A stretch of DNA of 64,000 nucleotides from IMG/VR virus record IMGVR_UViG_3300023179_006341, positions 15,520 to 79,519 of that record; one strand, written 5' to 3'. Positions 8,526-18,534 of this stretch are shown in pieces. Position 1 is the first letter of the stretch, and every line of letters begins with the position of its first letter. The DNA is from a virus. A model generated the notes under the pieces. It searched no databases. It was not told the origin of the DNA and saw only the letters and a list, made by a program, of their open reading frames with translations. Made by a program: the position numbers and the translations under genes.

Positions 8526-9545
8526 ATGAAGAAACTTTTATTTGCAACATTATTTGCAACAGCGACAGGGGTAGCAACTGCACAAACATCGATTTATGGT
8601 TTAGCAGATGCTTTCTACGGTCACTCATCAGGTAAGCAATCTGTAAATCGTGTTGAATCAGGTGGTATGACTACTAGTTATATTGGTATTCGTTCTACTG
8701 AAAAACTAGGTGATGTTACAGCATCAGCGGTACTTGAAACATTTTTACGTCCTGACACAGCAGCAAATGGTCGTTTTAATGGTGATACATTTTATGCACG
8801 TAACGCATATGTTAGCTTAGCTAATAAAGCAGGTGAAGTACAAGTTGGTCGTGTAACAACACCAATGTTTATTTCAACCATTGCTTTTAATGCGTTAGCT
8901 GATAGTTTTGTATTCAGCCCAATGGTTACTGCACGTTATGGTGTTAATAACTTTAACTTAGGTGGGGGTGGTTCAGACACAGGTTGGAGCAATAGTGTAT
9001 TAGTTAAAACTAATGCAGGACCTTTAGCGGTAACAGGTGTTTACAGTGCAGGAGTAGCCGATGATGCTGCAGGTACAAAGCAAGCAGGTAAAAGTGTTGG
9101 TGCTATGTATTTTGCAGGACCTGTTGGTTTAACTGCAACATGGCAAGATGTTGAGCAAGGTGCAGGTAAGCCAAGCATGGTATCAACGATTGTTGGTGGT
9201 TCAGTTGACATGAAAGTAGCAAAGTTTTTTGCACAATGGAATCGTGTTGAGCACAGTGATGCAGTAACTAAAGAAGACAAAGGTTATAGCATTGGAGCAA
9301 CTATGCCATTAGGTGGTGGCAACACTGCTATGGTAAGTTATGCTAAGCATGATCATTCATTTGTTAATCGTAAATCAGCAGAGACAGCATCATGGGCAGT
9401 TGGAGTGTCACATGCTTTAAGCAAGCGTACAGACTTGTATGCAGCAGTGCGTGATACAAACTATACTAATGATGGTATTAACCGTACAAATGCATCATGG
9501 ACAGATAGTCGTGTAACAGGTGTTGGTGTACGTCACCGTTTCTAA
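8526..9545 (+). CDS. Gram-negative trimeric porin (betaproteobacterial type)
   Basis: Signal peptide, SIYG, LSKRTDLY, C-terminal GVRHRF beta-signal. Confidence 0.9.
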   Translation: MKKLLFATLFATATGVATAQTSIYGLADAFYGHSSGKQSVNRVESGGMTTSYIGIRSTEKLGDVTASAVLETFLRPDTAANGRFNGDTFYARNAYVSLANKAGEVQVGRVTTPMFISTIAFNALADSFVFSPMVTARYGVNNFNLGGGGSDTGWSNSVLVKTNAGPLAVTGVYSAGVADDAAGTKQAGKSVGAMYFAGPVGLTATWQDVEQGAGKPSMVSTIVGGSVDMKVAKFFAQWNRVEHSDAVTKEDKGYSIGATMPLGGGNTAMVSYAKHDHSFVNRKSAETASWAVGVSHALSKRTDLYAAVRDTNYTNDGINRTNASWTDSRVTGVGVRHRF

Positions 9546-9567
9546 TTTATAAAACCTAGAAACAATT

Positions 9568-9592
9568 AAGGGAGCATAGTGCTCCCTTTTTA
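9568..9592. terminator. bidirectional intrinsic terminator
   Basis: AAGGGAGCA-TAG-TGCTCCCTTTTTT between convergent genes. Confidence 0.75.
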
Positions 9593-10930
9593 TTATGGAT
9601 TAAATCTACTTTGGAAAGCGTTATAATTTTGTGCAACTTCATTTCCATTTAGTATAGAACTATACATTCTAGCAGCATTTATTCTCCCGTTTAAAAAATT
9701 TTCAGGTACGCTATAAATTGCACCAATATTTAATTGCCCTGTACCACCATACGGACCCTGTGTTGCCTGATTTTGTAAAACACCGTTTGCATAAAATTGT
9801 TTTCTATATGTGGTATGATTATATGTAAACACAAATTGATACCATGTGTTTAAAGTTAACACGTAAGCTGTATCCATATCATTAGCAAAAAATGAAAAAC
9901 TTATATACCGAGTAGGTCCAAAGTACAGTATCTGAAATCCATTGTTGTTGGTTAATGGACCCTGACCAAAATAGCCACTACCGTTTGCGGAAGTATAAAC
10001 CCATATTTCTAAACTCCAATTTCTTAGTAAGTTTAAACTACCCATGTTAACGTATTGATTGCTACCATTAAAGGTAAAATATGAGGTTGCTCCTGAACTA
10101 GTAAATGTAGGTGAATTTACTAATGTACCATTACTTGTGCCCGTTAAGTCTGTCCAAGTAGTTCCTGAGCCTCCATAACTTGTACTAATACCTGCGTCCA
10201 AGTTAAATAATAAATTACTTGTTACAATATTAGTATATCTACTCTGTAAAGCTGCATAATTTTGTGCAACTTCAGGTGCAGTTAAAACTGTGCTATACAT
10301 TCTAGCAGCAGCTATTCTTCCATTGATAGGAGTACTAGCCGAACTGTACGTACCGCCTATGTTAAATTGTCCTGACCCACCATATGCAGCACCTGTATTA
10401 CTATTTTGGAAAACACCATTTGCATAAAATTGTTTTAAATATGTACTATGGCTATATGTAAAAACAAATTGATACCATGTGTTATAAGTTAATACATATG
10501 AGGTATCCAAGTCATTGGCATACATACCAAAAATAATATATCGTCCACCTGATGCTAGATATAAAATATGTAGTCCAACGTTTGTTGATGTTGTACCTTG
10601 CCCAAAAAACCCACTATTGTCTGCTGTAACCCAAGCCCATAGTTCTAACGTCCAAGTACGCTGTAAGTTTAAACTACCCATGTTAACGTATTGATTGCTA
10701 CCATTAAAGGTGAAGTAAGAACTTACTCCTGCATTAGTAAATGTGGGTGTATTGACTAATGTGCCATTACTCGTGCCTGTCAAATCTGTCCAAGTACTAC
10801 CTGTACCTGAATAGCTTGCTTTGTTACCTGCGTCTAAATTAAATAGCAAATTACTTGTGACAGGCGAAATAATACTTCTAAAATTAATGCCACTGCCAAA
10901 AGAAATGCCTGGACTAACTGTAAAACCCAT
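9593..10930 (-). CDS. tandem LamG/ConA-like lectin domain virion protein
   Basis: Two ~212-aa repeats LLFNLDAG..SY.G.G..W.DL....EVAQNY. Confidence 0.8.
   Translation of the reverse strand: MGFTVSPGISFGSGINFRSIISPVTSNLLFNLDAGNKASYSGTGSTWTDLTGTSNGTLVNTPTFTNAGVSSYFTFNGSNQYVNMGSLNLQRTWTLELWAWVTADNSGFFGQGTTSTNVGLHILYLASGGRYIIFGMYANDLDTSYVLTYNTWYQFVFTYSHSTYLKQFYANGVFQNSNTGAAYGGSGQFNIGGTYSSASTPINGRIAAARMYSTVLTAPEVAQNYAALQSRYTNIVTSNLLFNLDAGISTSYGGSGTTWTDLTGTSNGTLVNSPTFTSSGATSYFTFNGSNQYVNMGSLNLLRNWSLEIWVYTSANGSGYFGQGPLTNNNGFQILYFGPTRYISFSFFANDMDTAYVLTLNTWYQFVFTYNHTTYRKQFYANGVLQNQATQGPYGGTGQLNIGAIYSVPENFLNGRINAARMYSSILNGNEVAQNYNAFQSRFNP
10027..10711. repeat. 49-bp identical direct repeat (10027-10075 / 10663-10711) within the duplicated LamG domains
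   Basis: GTAAGTTTAAACTACCCATGTTAACGTATTGATTGCTACCATTAAAGGT occurs twice, 636 bp apart. Confidence 0.9.
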
Positions 10931-10932
10931 AA

Positions 10933-11691
10933 TTAATTTCCAAAATATGATTTATAATAATTATAATTACTTAAGCATTCACTATCGGTTAAATATTTGT
11001 TATACATCATAAAAACAGAAATATCACCCCAATATTGTGAAGCACTTGATGGGTCAGTGTTTCCTTCATGATACGCACCAATTGAACCAAAACCTCTATC
11101 AAAATTTGCTGATCCGCTTGCAATACTGCCTCTGATGGTGCCTGGGGTATCGTTGTAGGAAATTTGGTAATATGGATCAAAATTTTGCCAACGCCAAAAT
11201 ATTACAACCCAATTTGAAGTACCCCAATTTGGCAATTGATATTGATAAAATCCACTTCCTAAAAAACCTGCCCCATCATTATCATACATGCCTATTTGAT
11301 ATCCAGCATATTCAATAATTACGTGATGATCGTTAACATAAGATCTTGTTAAGGTTCTCCAATTAGAGGTATCTGCGCTTACTCTTGTCCATACACAAAA
11401 CGTTACTCCTGATGCACTACTAATTGATATATCTGATCCATTTTTGGCACAGCCGTAGCTACCATTAAAATCCATGTATTTTACTGCACCCGCTGCATTA
11501 TAAGCTGATGCAAGTATATTAAAATTATTTCCGTTCCCACTTCTGTCATACCAAATTGTTCCTGAACCACTATAACTAGCAGAATTAGTGGCATCAAGCC
11601 AAAGAACTAAATTTGATGGAGCAGCAATTGCATATGAAAATATACCAAGACCCCCTCTAAGGGTTACACCTGTTCCAATAATTGAACCCAC
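10933..11691 (-). CDS. LamG/ConA-like domain protein
   Basis: LVLWLDA..SYSGSG..WYD.SGNGN; GTG start after GGAG. Confidence 0.75.
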   Translation of the reverse strand: MGSIIGTGVTLRGGLGIFSYAIAAPSNLVLWLDATNSASYSGSGTIWYDRSGNGNNFNILASAYNAAGAVKYMDFNGSYGCAKNGSDISISSASGVTFCVWTRVSADTSNWRTLTRSYVNDHHVIIEYAGYQIGMYDNDGAGFLGSGFYQYQLPNWGTSNWVVIFWRWQNFDPYYQISYNDTPGTIRGSIASGSANFDRGFGSIGAYHEGNTDPSSASQYWGDISVFMMYNKYLTDSECLSNYNYYKSYFGN

Positions 11692-11761
11692 TTTTAGTTT
11701 CTCCTGATTTGTATTTAACTATTTTTAAACTCTTACTTTTTAATGATAGCAATTTACATGT

Positions 11762-12298
11762 TTAATTTAATCCACTTCCACGATATCGTATAAAACTATC
11801 AATGCTTGTTGTATATGAAAAATCAGAGGTAGCTACCCCAAAAGCAAAATCCCAAGGACCATCGAAATTTCCAAACTGTATTCTCAATGCAGTATATGTG
11901 CCTTTATACATGTATATTGAATTGGATATTGCACGTGACGCATGTCTGCCACCATTGTTTATAAAAGCATTACCTGTTGTAAAATTAATTGTCGCCTCAG
12001 GCCCTAACCATAGATAACTAGCATCATCTGAAGTTAACGTAAAAGTATATGTATTGCTTTTTGTCGCATACCAATATCCTAACCACTGTACACTAAAATC
12101 TCCCGTTCTAAATAAGTCATTTGGAAATATTGGGCTAGTATTTGTGTTGGTTGGTACTGATACTGTAGCGGTAGCAAACCAATTAGGATCATCTCCAAAA
12201 TAATTGTTATACTCTGTTCGTCTTAATCCAACTCCTGTCATAGCAGGAAAATCAATAGTCACTCCGCTTACACTAACTCCACCGAAAAAACCTGGCAT
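11762..12298 (-). CDS. PA14-domain protein
   Basis: WLGY..YTF.L.SDDAS.LW..NNGG.H; start moved to MPGFF after GAGG. Confidence 0.75.
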   Translation of the reverse strand: MPGFFGGVSVSGVTIDFPAMTGVGLRRTEYNNYFGDDPNWFATATVSVPTNTNTSPIFPNDLFRTGDFSVQWLGYWYATKSNTYTFTLTSDDASYLWLGPEATINFTTGNAFINNGGRHASRAISNSIYMYKGTYTALRIQFGNFDGPWDFAFGVATSDFSYTTSIDSFIRYRGSGLN

Positions 12299-12394
12299 TT
12301 TTATATTATCCTCATTTAATATTGTAAAACTATATTGGCAAATAAAAAGCAATTAAAATCATAATTTTTTGTATTAAGTAAACCAAAAATATAT

Positions 12395-12913
12395 TTACCC
12401 CATCCCATTTCCATACCAAATTAGGTCAGTAAAGTAAATGGTTGCTGAGGTGCCTGGACGGTACCATTTCCAATAAAACTCTCCTGTGCCTGTATAATTT
12501 CCCCATTGAAGTCGTACAGGATAGTAAAAATTTGCTGCAAGGGCTATACTTGCCTCAACTGTTTGCGTTGCGTGTAAACCTCCATTATTGATTAATGAAT
12601 TACCTGTTGTAAAACCTCTTACAGCATTGTCACCTATCCACATATAACTAGCATCATCTGAAATTGTTTGAAAAGTATATGTGGCAGTAACAAGTGGCTT
12701 AAACCAACCCAACCATTGATACGAAATACCTTCAGTTGTTGTCCCTGATAGATAAGGGTATACTGTATATACTCCTGTAGGTGTATTTGATGCAAAGTAA
12801 TTTACGTTATCAGAAAAATAACCATTGTATATCGAAAGTCTTAAACCTTGGTCTGTTATAGCAGGAAAATCTATGGTAATATTTTCTAATGAAAAACCTG
12901 TTGCTAATTGCAT
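12395..12913 (-). CDS. PA14-domain protein
   Basis: WLGWF..YTF..SDDASYMW..NNGGLH..YYPVRLQW. Confidence 0.78.
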   Translation of the reverse strand: MQLATGFSLENITIDFPAITDQGLRLSIYNGYFSDNVNYFASNTPTGVYTVYPYLSGTTTEGISYQWLGWFKPLVTATYTFQTISDDASYMWIGDNAVRGFTTGNSLINNGGLHATQTVEASIALAANFYYPVRLQWGNYTGTGEFYWKWYRPGTSATIYFTDLIWYGNGMG

Positions 12914-12957
12914 AATTACATCCTTATATACTATTTAACAATTTAATTTAAAATAAA

Positions 12958-13239
12958 ATGCTTTTTAAAATAAGTAATACTATGATACAAAGCACCTATG
13001 AATGGGCAGATAAAAGACATGATTTTTTAACGCAAATAAGAAATTTAAATCGTTATTATGCTGATGCGCACGTTTTGTTAAAAAATATAGATAAACTTGT
13101 ACGTGAACTAACCATACTAAATGTTGAATACCGTAATCGAGTTACCCCCACTATTAAACAAAAAGAAAAACTGTCGGAAATAAACAACGCTATTGATATC
13201 TTGGAAAAATGGTTACTTGTCATCACCTTAACCGAATAA
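12958..13239 (+). CDS. hypothetical helical protein
   Basis: ORF fills the intergenic space; start uncertain. Confidence 0.55.
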   Translation: MLFKISNTMIQSTYEWADKRHDFLTQIRNLNRYYADAHVLLKNIDKLVRELTILNVEYRNRVTPTIKQKEKLSEINNAIDILEKWLLVITLTE

Positions 13240-13245
13240 AACCTC

Positions 13246-13274
13246 TTGACAATGGTAGGAATTAGCGTTAATAT
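13246..13274 (+). promoter_or_regulatory. sigma70-type promoter
   Basis: TTGACA-17-TAATAT. Confidence 0.65.
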
Positions 13275-13324
13275 ACGCTTATTGCTTAGGGCAATACACA
13301 AGTCAACTTCAAAAGGATTTTGCA

Positions 13325-14479
13325 ATGTCAAAGATTGATACTAGTTTTAGCTTTACGCTTGATGAAGCAGAGGATGCTCTACATAGCCTTATCAAGACCA
13401 AACTTTCTATGTTTCTATGGGGTCCACCAGGGATCGGTAAATCTGACCTCATTCGTTCTATCGCACGTAAAAATGCTTGGGCAGTACGTGAAGTGCGCCT
13501 TGGTCAAATCGACCCTACAGATATCAAAGGAATTCCATTCTTTAACTCTGATAAGTCATATTATGCGTTTAATGAGCACACTAAAGAGTTTGAAGAAACC
13601 AAAGGTACTCTAGATTGGGCACCACCATCAGAATTTCCTGATGCCAAATTTGCTGAACAATATGAGCAAGTTATTCTATTTCTTGATGAAATGAATGTTG
13701 CTGCCCCCACTGTTCAAGCTGCTGCTTATCAACTTGTTCTTGATCGTCGTGTTGGTAAATATAAAGTTCCTGAGAACGTAATTATCGTTGCTGCAGGTAA
13801 CCGTGATAGTGATAAAGGTGTAACTTATCGTATGCCATCACCACTATCTAACCGTTTTATCCATATGGATATTCGCCCTGATTTCAACGTATGGCAAAAT
13901 TGGGCAGTACAAAACAATATACACAAAGATGTAGTGGGTTACTTGTCATTCGCTAAAAATGACTTGTATGATTTTGATGGTCGCAGTAGTGGACACGCAT
14001 TTGCTACACCACGTAGTTGGTCAGCAGTAAGTAAAATTCTAGAGGATGCACCAACCATTCCAAGTGAATTGTTAACTAAAATTATCGCAGGTACTGTTGG
14101 TGATGGTCTTTCAGTCAAGTTTATGGCGCACCGTAAGCTTGTTGACAAAATGCCTGATCCTATGGACATTCTACAGGGTAAAGTCACTGAGCTTGCAGTA
14201 AAAGAAGTTAGTGCTATGTACTCACTTACTGTAAGTATGTGCTACGAATTAAAAGACATGAGCGATAGCAAAAAAGTAGAAGGTAAGAAATTTCACGAAA
14301 TGTGCGACAATTTCTTCAAATTTATGATGGAAAATTTTGAAACTGAGTTGGTTATTATGGGTGCAAGAATTGCCCTGAAAACCTACAAATTGAATATTGA
14401 TCCTACACAGTTGAAAACTTTGACTGATTTCCATAAGAAGTATGGTAAGTACATTAAGGAAGCCATTAACACTAAGTAA
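13325..14479 (+). CDS. MoxR/AAA_5-type AAA+ ATPase
   Basis: GPPGIGKS, LFLDE, AAGN, NRF. Confidence 0.88.
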   Translation: MSKIDTSFSFTLDEAEDALHSLIKTKLSMFLWGPPGIGKSDLIRSIARKNAWAVREVRLGQIDPTDIKGIPFFNSDKSYYAFNEHTKEFEETKGTLDWAPPSEFPDAKFAEQYEQVILFLDEMNVAAPTVQAAAYQLVLDRRVGKYKVPENVIIVAAGNRDSDKGVTYRMPSPLSNRFIHMDIRPDFNVWQNWAVQNNIHKDVVGYLSFAKNDLYDFDGRSSGHAFATPRSWSAVSKILEDAPTIPSELLTKIIAGTVGDGLSVKFMAHRKLVDKMPDPMDILQGKVTELAVKEVSAMYSLTVSMCYELKDMSDSKKVEGKKFHEMCDNFFKFMMENFETELVIMGARIALKTYKLNIDPTQLKTLTDFHKKYGKYIKEAINTK

Positions 14480-14489
14480 AATGTAGGAA

Positions 14490-14512
14490 AAGTGGGGTGA
14501 AATTCCCCACTT
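14490..14512 (+). terminator. stem-loop, possible terminator
   Basis: AAGTGGGG-TGAAATT-CCCCACTT. Confidence 0.55.
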
Positions 14513-14565
14513 GATTAAAAATAGTTATTGTGTTATCATGATGCTATTATATCAAAGGAAAGTTT

Positions 14566-15861
14566 ATGACTATTACCGCTAATACCAAAGAAAACAAAAA
14601 AATTAAAAAAGAGTTTGAAGATTTGATCGGTCCGTTCGACCCTGTTCTTGATCGTGAAGCACGTGACATTATTACAGGCGCACGTGTTGCCCTACTGCTT
14701 AAACATTCATTTTTTGGTAACTTAGCTACACGTCTTAAACTAATTAATGGTGATGAGTGGTTACCTACTGCCGCTACTGATGGTAAGCGATTCTATTATA
14801 ATAGTCGTTTTATCAAAAAACTTACACGTGGTGAGGTTGAGTTTCTTGTTGGTCATGAAGTACTTCATGTTGTTTATGATCATATTGGTAGGATTGGTCA
14901 TCGTGATCGTCAAATGTTTAACATTGCCAATGACTATGCTGTTAACGCAGACCTGAAAAAACATAATGTAGGTACGTTTATTACTACAGTACCATGCTTA
15001 TACGAACCCAAATATGAAGGTAAATCATCTGAAGAAATTTATGATGATTTAATGAAAAATATCCAAACCATCAGTATGGATGCACTGATCGATAAAATGA
15101 TCGATGAACACCTTGAAGGTGATAGTGAGGGTGATGAGGGTGATGATGATGGTGATATGGATAAAACAGGACGTAGCAAGAACGGTCCTAAGAAAATGAC
15201 CGATGAAGAACGTGAACAACTTCGCCAAGAAATTAAACAAAATATTATCAATGCAGCACGTAGTAGTGAAGCAGGATCTATCCCTAAAGGTGTAGAGCGT
15301 TTAATTAAGGATATTACTGATCCTAAAATGCCTTGGAGAGAATTGCTTCAAACCAACATTGTTTCAACGTTGCGTGATGACTATACTTTTATACGCCCAA
15401 GCAAGCGTGGTTGGCATCTTGATGCTATCTTACCTTCACTGAATTTTAGTGAGCTAATCGACATATGCGTAGCTATTGATATGAGTGGCAGTATTAGTGA
15501 TAAACAAGGCAAAGATTTCTTAAGTGAAATTCAAGGTATCATGGACATGTTTAATAACTACAAGATTCACGTGTTTTCATTTGATACACGTTGCTACAAT
15601 TTAAAAGAATTTAATTCTGAAAATATGGATAGTATTGTTGATTATGAACTAAAAGGTGGTGGTGGTACTGACTTTGATGCAATTTTTGATTTCTTAAAAA
15701 ACCAAGCTATCGAACCAAAACGTTTAGTAGTGTTTACTGATGGATATCCTTGTGGATCATGGGGTGATGCAAATTATTGTGATACAACGTGGATTATTCA
15801 TGGTGATTCCAACCCAAACCCACCTTTTGGAACATGGGCAATTTATGATGACCACAAATAA
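14566..15861 (+). CDS. HExxH metallopeptidase-like + vWA domain protein (DUF2201-type MoxR partner)
   Basis: TAATDG, HEVLH, DMSGS MIDAS, GGGGTDF, FTDG. Confidence 0.88.
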   Translation: MTITANTKENKKIKKEFEDLIGPFDPVLDREARDIITGARVALLLKHSFFGNLATRLKLINGDEWLPTAATDGKRFYYNSRFIKKLTRGEVEFLVGHEVLHVVYDHIGRIGHRDRQMFNIANDYAVNADLKKHNVGTFITTVPCLYEPKYEGKSSEEIYDDLMKNIQTISMDALIDKMIDEHLEGDSEGDEGDDDGDMDKTGRSKNGPKKMTDEEREQLRQEIKQNIINAARSSEAGSIPKGVERLIKDITDPKMPWRELLQTNIVSTLRDDYTFIRPSKRGWHLDAILPSLNFSELIDICVAIDMSGSISDKQGKDFLSEIQGIMDMFNNYKIHVFSFDTRCYNLKEFNSENMDSIVDYELKGGGGTDFDAIFDFLKNQAIEPKRLVVFTDGYPCGSWGDANYCDTTWIIHGDSNPNPPFGTWAIYDDHK

Positions 15862-16114
15862 TATAATCTATAAATCACAAGATATTAATCAGTACAATGT
15901 TTATACATCAAGTAATAGCACAGATGAAGTCATTGTTAAAAATTTAAGTCATGGTGCAATTAGTAATTTAAAAACTTGGGTCTTTAAAAATGAAGACTCA
16001 GGTTTAAATATTGATGATTATATTAAATGCAGAGAGTCTGCAAAGTATGATCAGCGTTTAGCAAATTTATTAGATGAACTAAAAACCATATATCTATTAT
16101 TGAAAAATGAGTAA
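15845..16114 (+). CDS. hypothetical protein
   Basis: Coupled ORF; start moved to MMTTNN. Confidence 0.55.
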   Translation: MMTTNNIIYKSQDINQYNVYTSSNSTDEVIVKNLSHGAISNLKTWVFKNEDSGLNIDDYIKCRESAKYDQRLANLLDELKTIYLLLKNE

Positions 16115-16430
16115 CTATATTGCTAGTTGGGATGAATTTGGTTTAGAAGCGTTGTTCAATGTTACAAACATTGATGAAAACAATGTTTGGAAAATCTTAA
16201 AAGATGAAAGAACACAAACGGTTCCATTACGTAATTTAATTTTGCGAGCACAATTTAATCCGCAACGTGCATACGAAATATATGCATTTGCATCTGATTT
16301 AAGCGAAGATGAAATAGTGTATTGTTTCGAGCATACTCCACAAACTATAGTTGAACAAATTAGGCAAGTTGGTCATAAGTTTTTTTCTAACTATAATCCA
16401 CATGATAAAAGTAAAATAAAAATAACATAG
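16107..16430 (+). CDS. hypothetical phage protein
   Basis: Overlapping start/stop coupling. Confidence 0.65.
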   Translation: MSNYIASWDEFGLEALFNVTNIDENNVWKILKDERTQTVPLRNLILRAQFNPQRAYEIYAFASDLSEDEIVYCFEHTPQTIVEQIRQVGHKFFSNYNPHDKSKIKIT

Positions 16431-16478
16431 GTACATCCTCCTAAATATTTGTGGTAGAAACACGTTTAGGAGAATACC

Positions 16479-17189
16479 ATGGCAAGATTTATTAAACACG
16501 TTGGATTACATGGAGACCGTAAAGTAGCGGTTGTTTTTAGGCAAGTTCCTAATGAGGAGCATATGTGCCTAGTTGTTTATACCCAACTGTTAAATCAAAA
16601 TATTCATGACCCACTAATGGCTACCATTGAAAGTGATATTGGTCAAGTTAGTAAAGAACTCGCAGATGCATTAAATCGTACACATACTCGTGATGGTAAA
16701 ATTATTTTACAAGTTTTACATAGTGAAGGTATGCTTAAAAAAGTTAACACTGAACAAATTGTAATGACTCCTGCTCCAAGACAACATATACGATTAAATG
16801 AATTAAATAAGCTGTTAAACGAAATGGAGCAAGGTGAAGCAGCAGTACGTAGATTGGCTGAAATTGATGCTAGTAAGGGCTTACAAGATCCTGCAGATAT
16901 TGCCAAACGTATGCGTGGAGAACAACCTGCAGCAGACCGTATGTTTGGTGCTAAGGATGCATTAGGTGATAATGAATTAGCAAATAATTTACGTCAACAA
17001 GCAGCTAAAATGAGTGCTGAGGCTAAAGGATTGCTTGCTGAGGCTGATCGTTTAATAAAAGAAGCTGCAAGCATGGAAGGGGTAATGATTGAAGAACCTG
17101 CACCAAAGGCAAAAGCAACCAAGAAAACTGCTACAAAAGCACCTGCAAAAAAATCAACTCGTTCTAAAGTGAGCCAACTAGTAAGCTAA
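16479..17189 (+). CDS. hypothetical phage protein, coiled coil with Lys/Ala-rich tail
   Basis: AGGAG RBS, upstream CTAAATA. Confidence 0.75.
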   Translation: MARFIKHVGLHGDRKVAVVFRQVPNEEHMCLVVYTQLLNQNIHDPLMATIESDIGQVSKELADALNRTHTRDGKIILQVLHSEGMLKKVNTEQIVMTPAPRQHIRLNELNKLLNEMEQGEAAVRRLAEIDASKGLQDPADIAKRMRGEQPAADRMFGAKDALGDNELANNLRQQAAKMSAEAKGLLAEADRLIKEAASMEGVMIEEPAPKAKATKKTATKAPAKKSTRSKVSQLVS

Positions 17190-17193
17190 TATT

Positions 17194-17490
17194 ATGTCTC
17201 CCGAAGTATTCAAGAAGTGGGAAGAAATTGTTGATGATGTTGACAAAATAAAAATACCTGTTGAGTTTATTAAGAAAATAATCATCAAAATGGAAGGTCG
17301 TAGGCAACGAACGTTAAACATACAATCGTTGGTACGATCAGGACATGATAATGATGAAATTGAAGAAATCATAGCATCTAAGTTAAAAGAACTTGATGAT
17401 GAAATGATTAGTATAGAATTTATACTAGATATTGAAAACATTGCAGAAACAGTTCAACCCACAACCGATCATCTATTAAGAAAATTATAA
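17194..17490 (+). CDS. hypothetical phage protein
   Basis: Operon context. Confidence 0.7.
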   Translation: MSPEVFKKWEEIVDDVDKIKIPVEFIKKIIIKMEGRRQRTLNIQSLVRSGHDNDEIEEIIASKLKELDDEMISIEFILDIENIAETVQPTTDHLLRKL

Positions 17491-17557
17491 AACTAGATAA
17501 ACTCATGTTGATTTTATAGAATTTTGCTAGTATGATTGCACCATTTAAGGAATCAAC

Positions 17558-18247
17558 ATGAATGTAACGTTATTATCTTACTCACAACCAACCAAAGATT
17601 TTAGAAAACTTGGTATAGAGGATGCACAAGACTTAATTGCATATTGCGCTAGAGTAAGTAATCCATCTAACCAACTCAATATTGAAACTAGCCAAAAACT
17701 CATACGCTATCTTATTAAAAACGCACATTGGTCACCATTAGAAATGGTCAGTGCATGTATGGAAATCACAACCACACGTGATATTGCTAGACAAATATTG
17801 CGTCATCGTTCTTTTTCATTCCAAGAGTTTTCACAACGTTACGCTGACCCAACTAAAGATTTAAATTTTTTAGTGCGTGAAGCACGTTTGCAAGACCCAA
17901 AAAATCGTCAAAATAGTATTGAATTAGATAATACGGTTGAACATGGCATAATGCAAGAAGAATGGGCACTTAAACAACTAGAAGTCATTGTCTCAGCAAA
18001 AAATGCTTATACATGGGCAGTTAAGAATGGTATTGCTAAAGAACAAGCACGTGCTGTACTTCCTGAAGGATTGATAGAAAGCAAACTTTATGTCAACGGA
18101 ACAATTAGGTCATGGGTACATTTTATTCAACTACGAAGCGGTAATGGTACACAAAAAGAGCACCAATTAATCGCACTAGAATGTGCAAAGGTTATCGCAA
18201 ATGTCTTTCCTATGGCAACAGAATTGGTCAACAACACCAATGATTAA
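17558..18247 (+). CDS. thyX: FAD-dependent thymidylate synthase
   Basis: HWSPLE, RHRSFSFQEFSQRY, ARAVLP, QKEH. Confidence 0.95.
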   Translation: MNVTLLSYSQPTKDFRKLGIEDAQDLIAYCARVSNPSNQLNIETSQKLIRYLIKNAHWSPLEMVSACMEITTTRDIARQILRHRSFSFQEFSQRYADPTKDLNFLVREARLQDPKNRQNSIELDNTVEHGIMQEEWALKQLEVIVSAKNAYTWAVKNGIAKEQARAVLPEGLIESKLYVNGTIRSWVHFIQLRSGNGTQKEHQLIALECAKVIANVFPMATELVNNTND

Positions 18248-18533
18248 AAACTTACTTTACCCTACTAATGGTACAGTACCGCACCTTATGCAAAATGTAA
18301 CCTATGTTGAGGTTTGCAATTTTAGGATGGGTGATGTAGAAGATCCTGAATTATATGCATCAATACCATTAGGTGAATGGTTAACCACGGAAAAAGGTAA
18401 GTGGGTAAAAGACTATAGTAGCGACATGGTATACGCAATAATGGTTGATGTTGAATCTTATGGTTATCGTTGTGTTGTACGTGCAGCATTTGATGAAGCA
18501 ACATTAAATTTATATATTTTAAAGTGGAAATAA
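18240..18533 (+). CDS. hypothetical protein ending x-L-K-W
   Basis: Coupled to thyX; start approximate. Confidence 0.6.
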   Translation: MIKNLLYPTNGTVPHLMQNVTYVEVCNFRMGDVEDPELYASIPLGEWLTTEKGKWVKDYSSDMVYAIMVDVESYGYRCVVRAAFDEATLNLYILKWK

Positions 18534-18534
18534 T

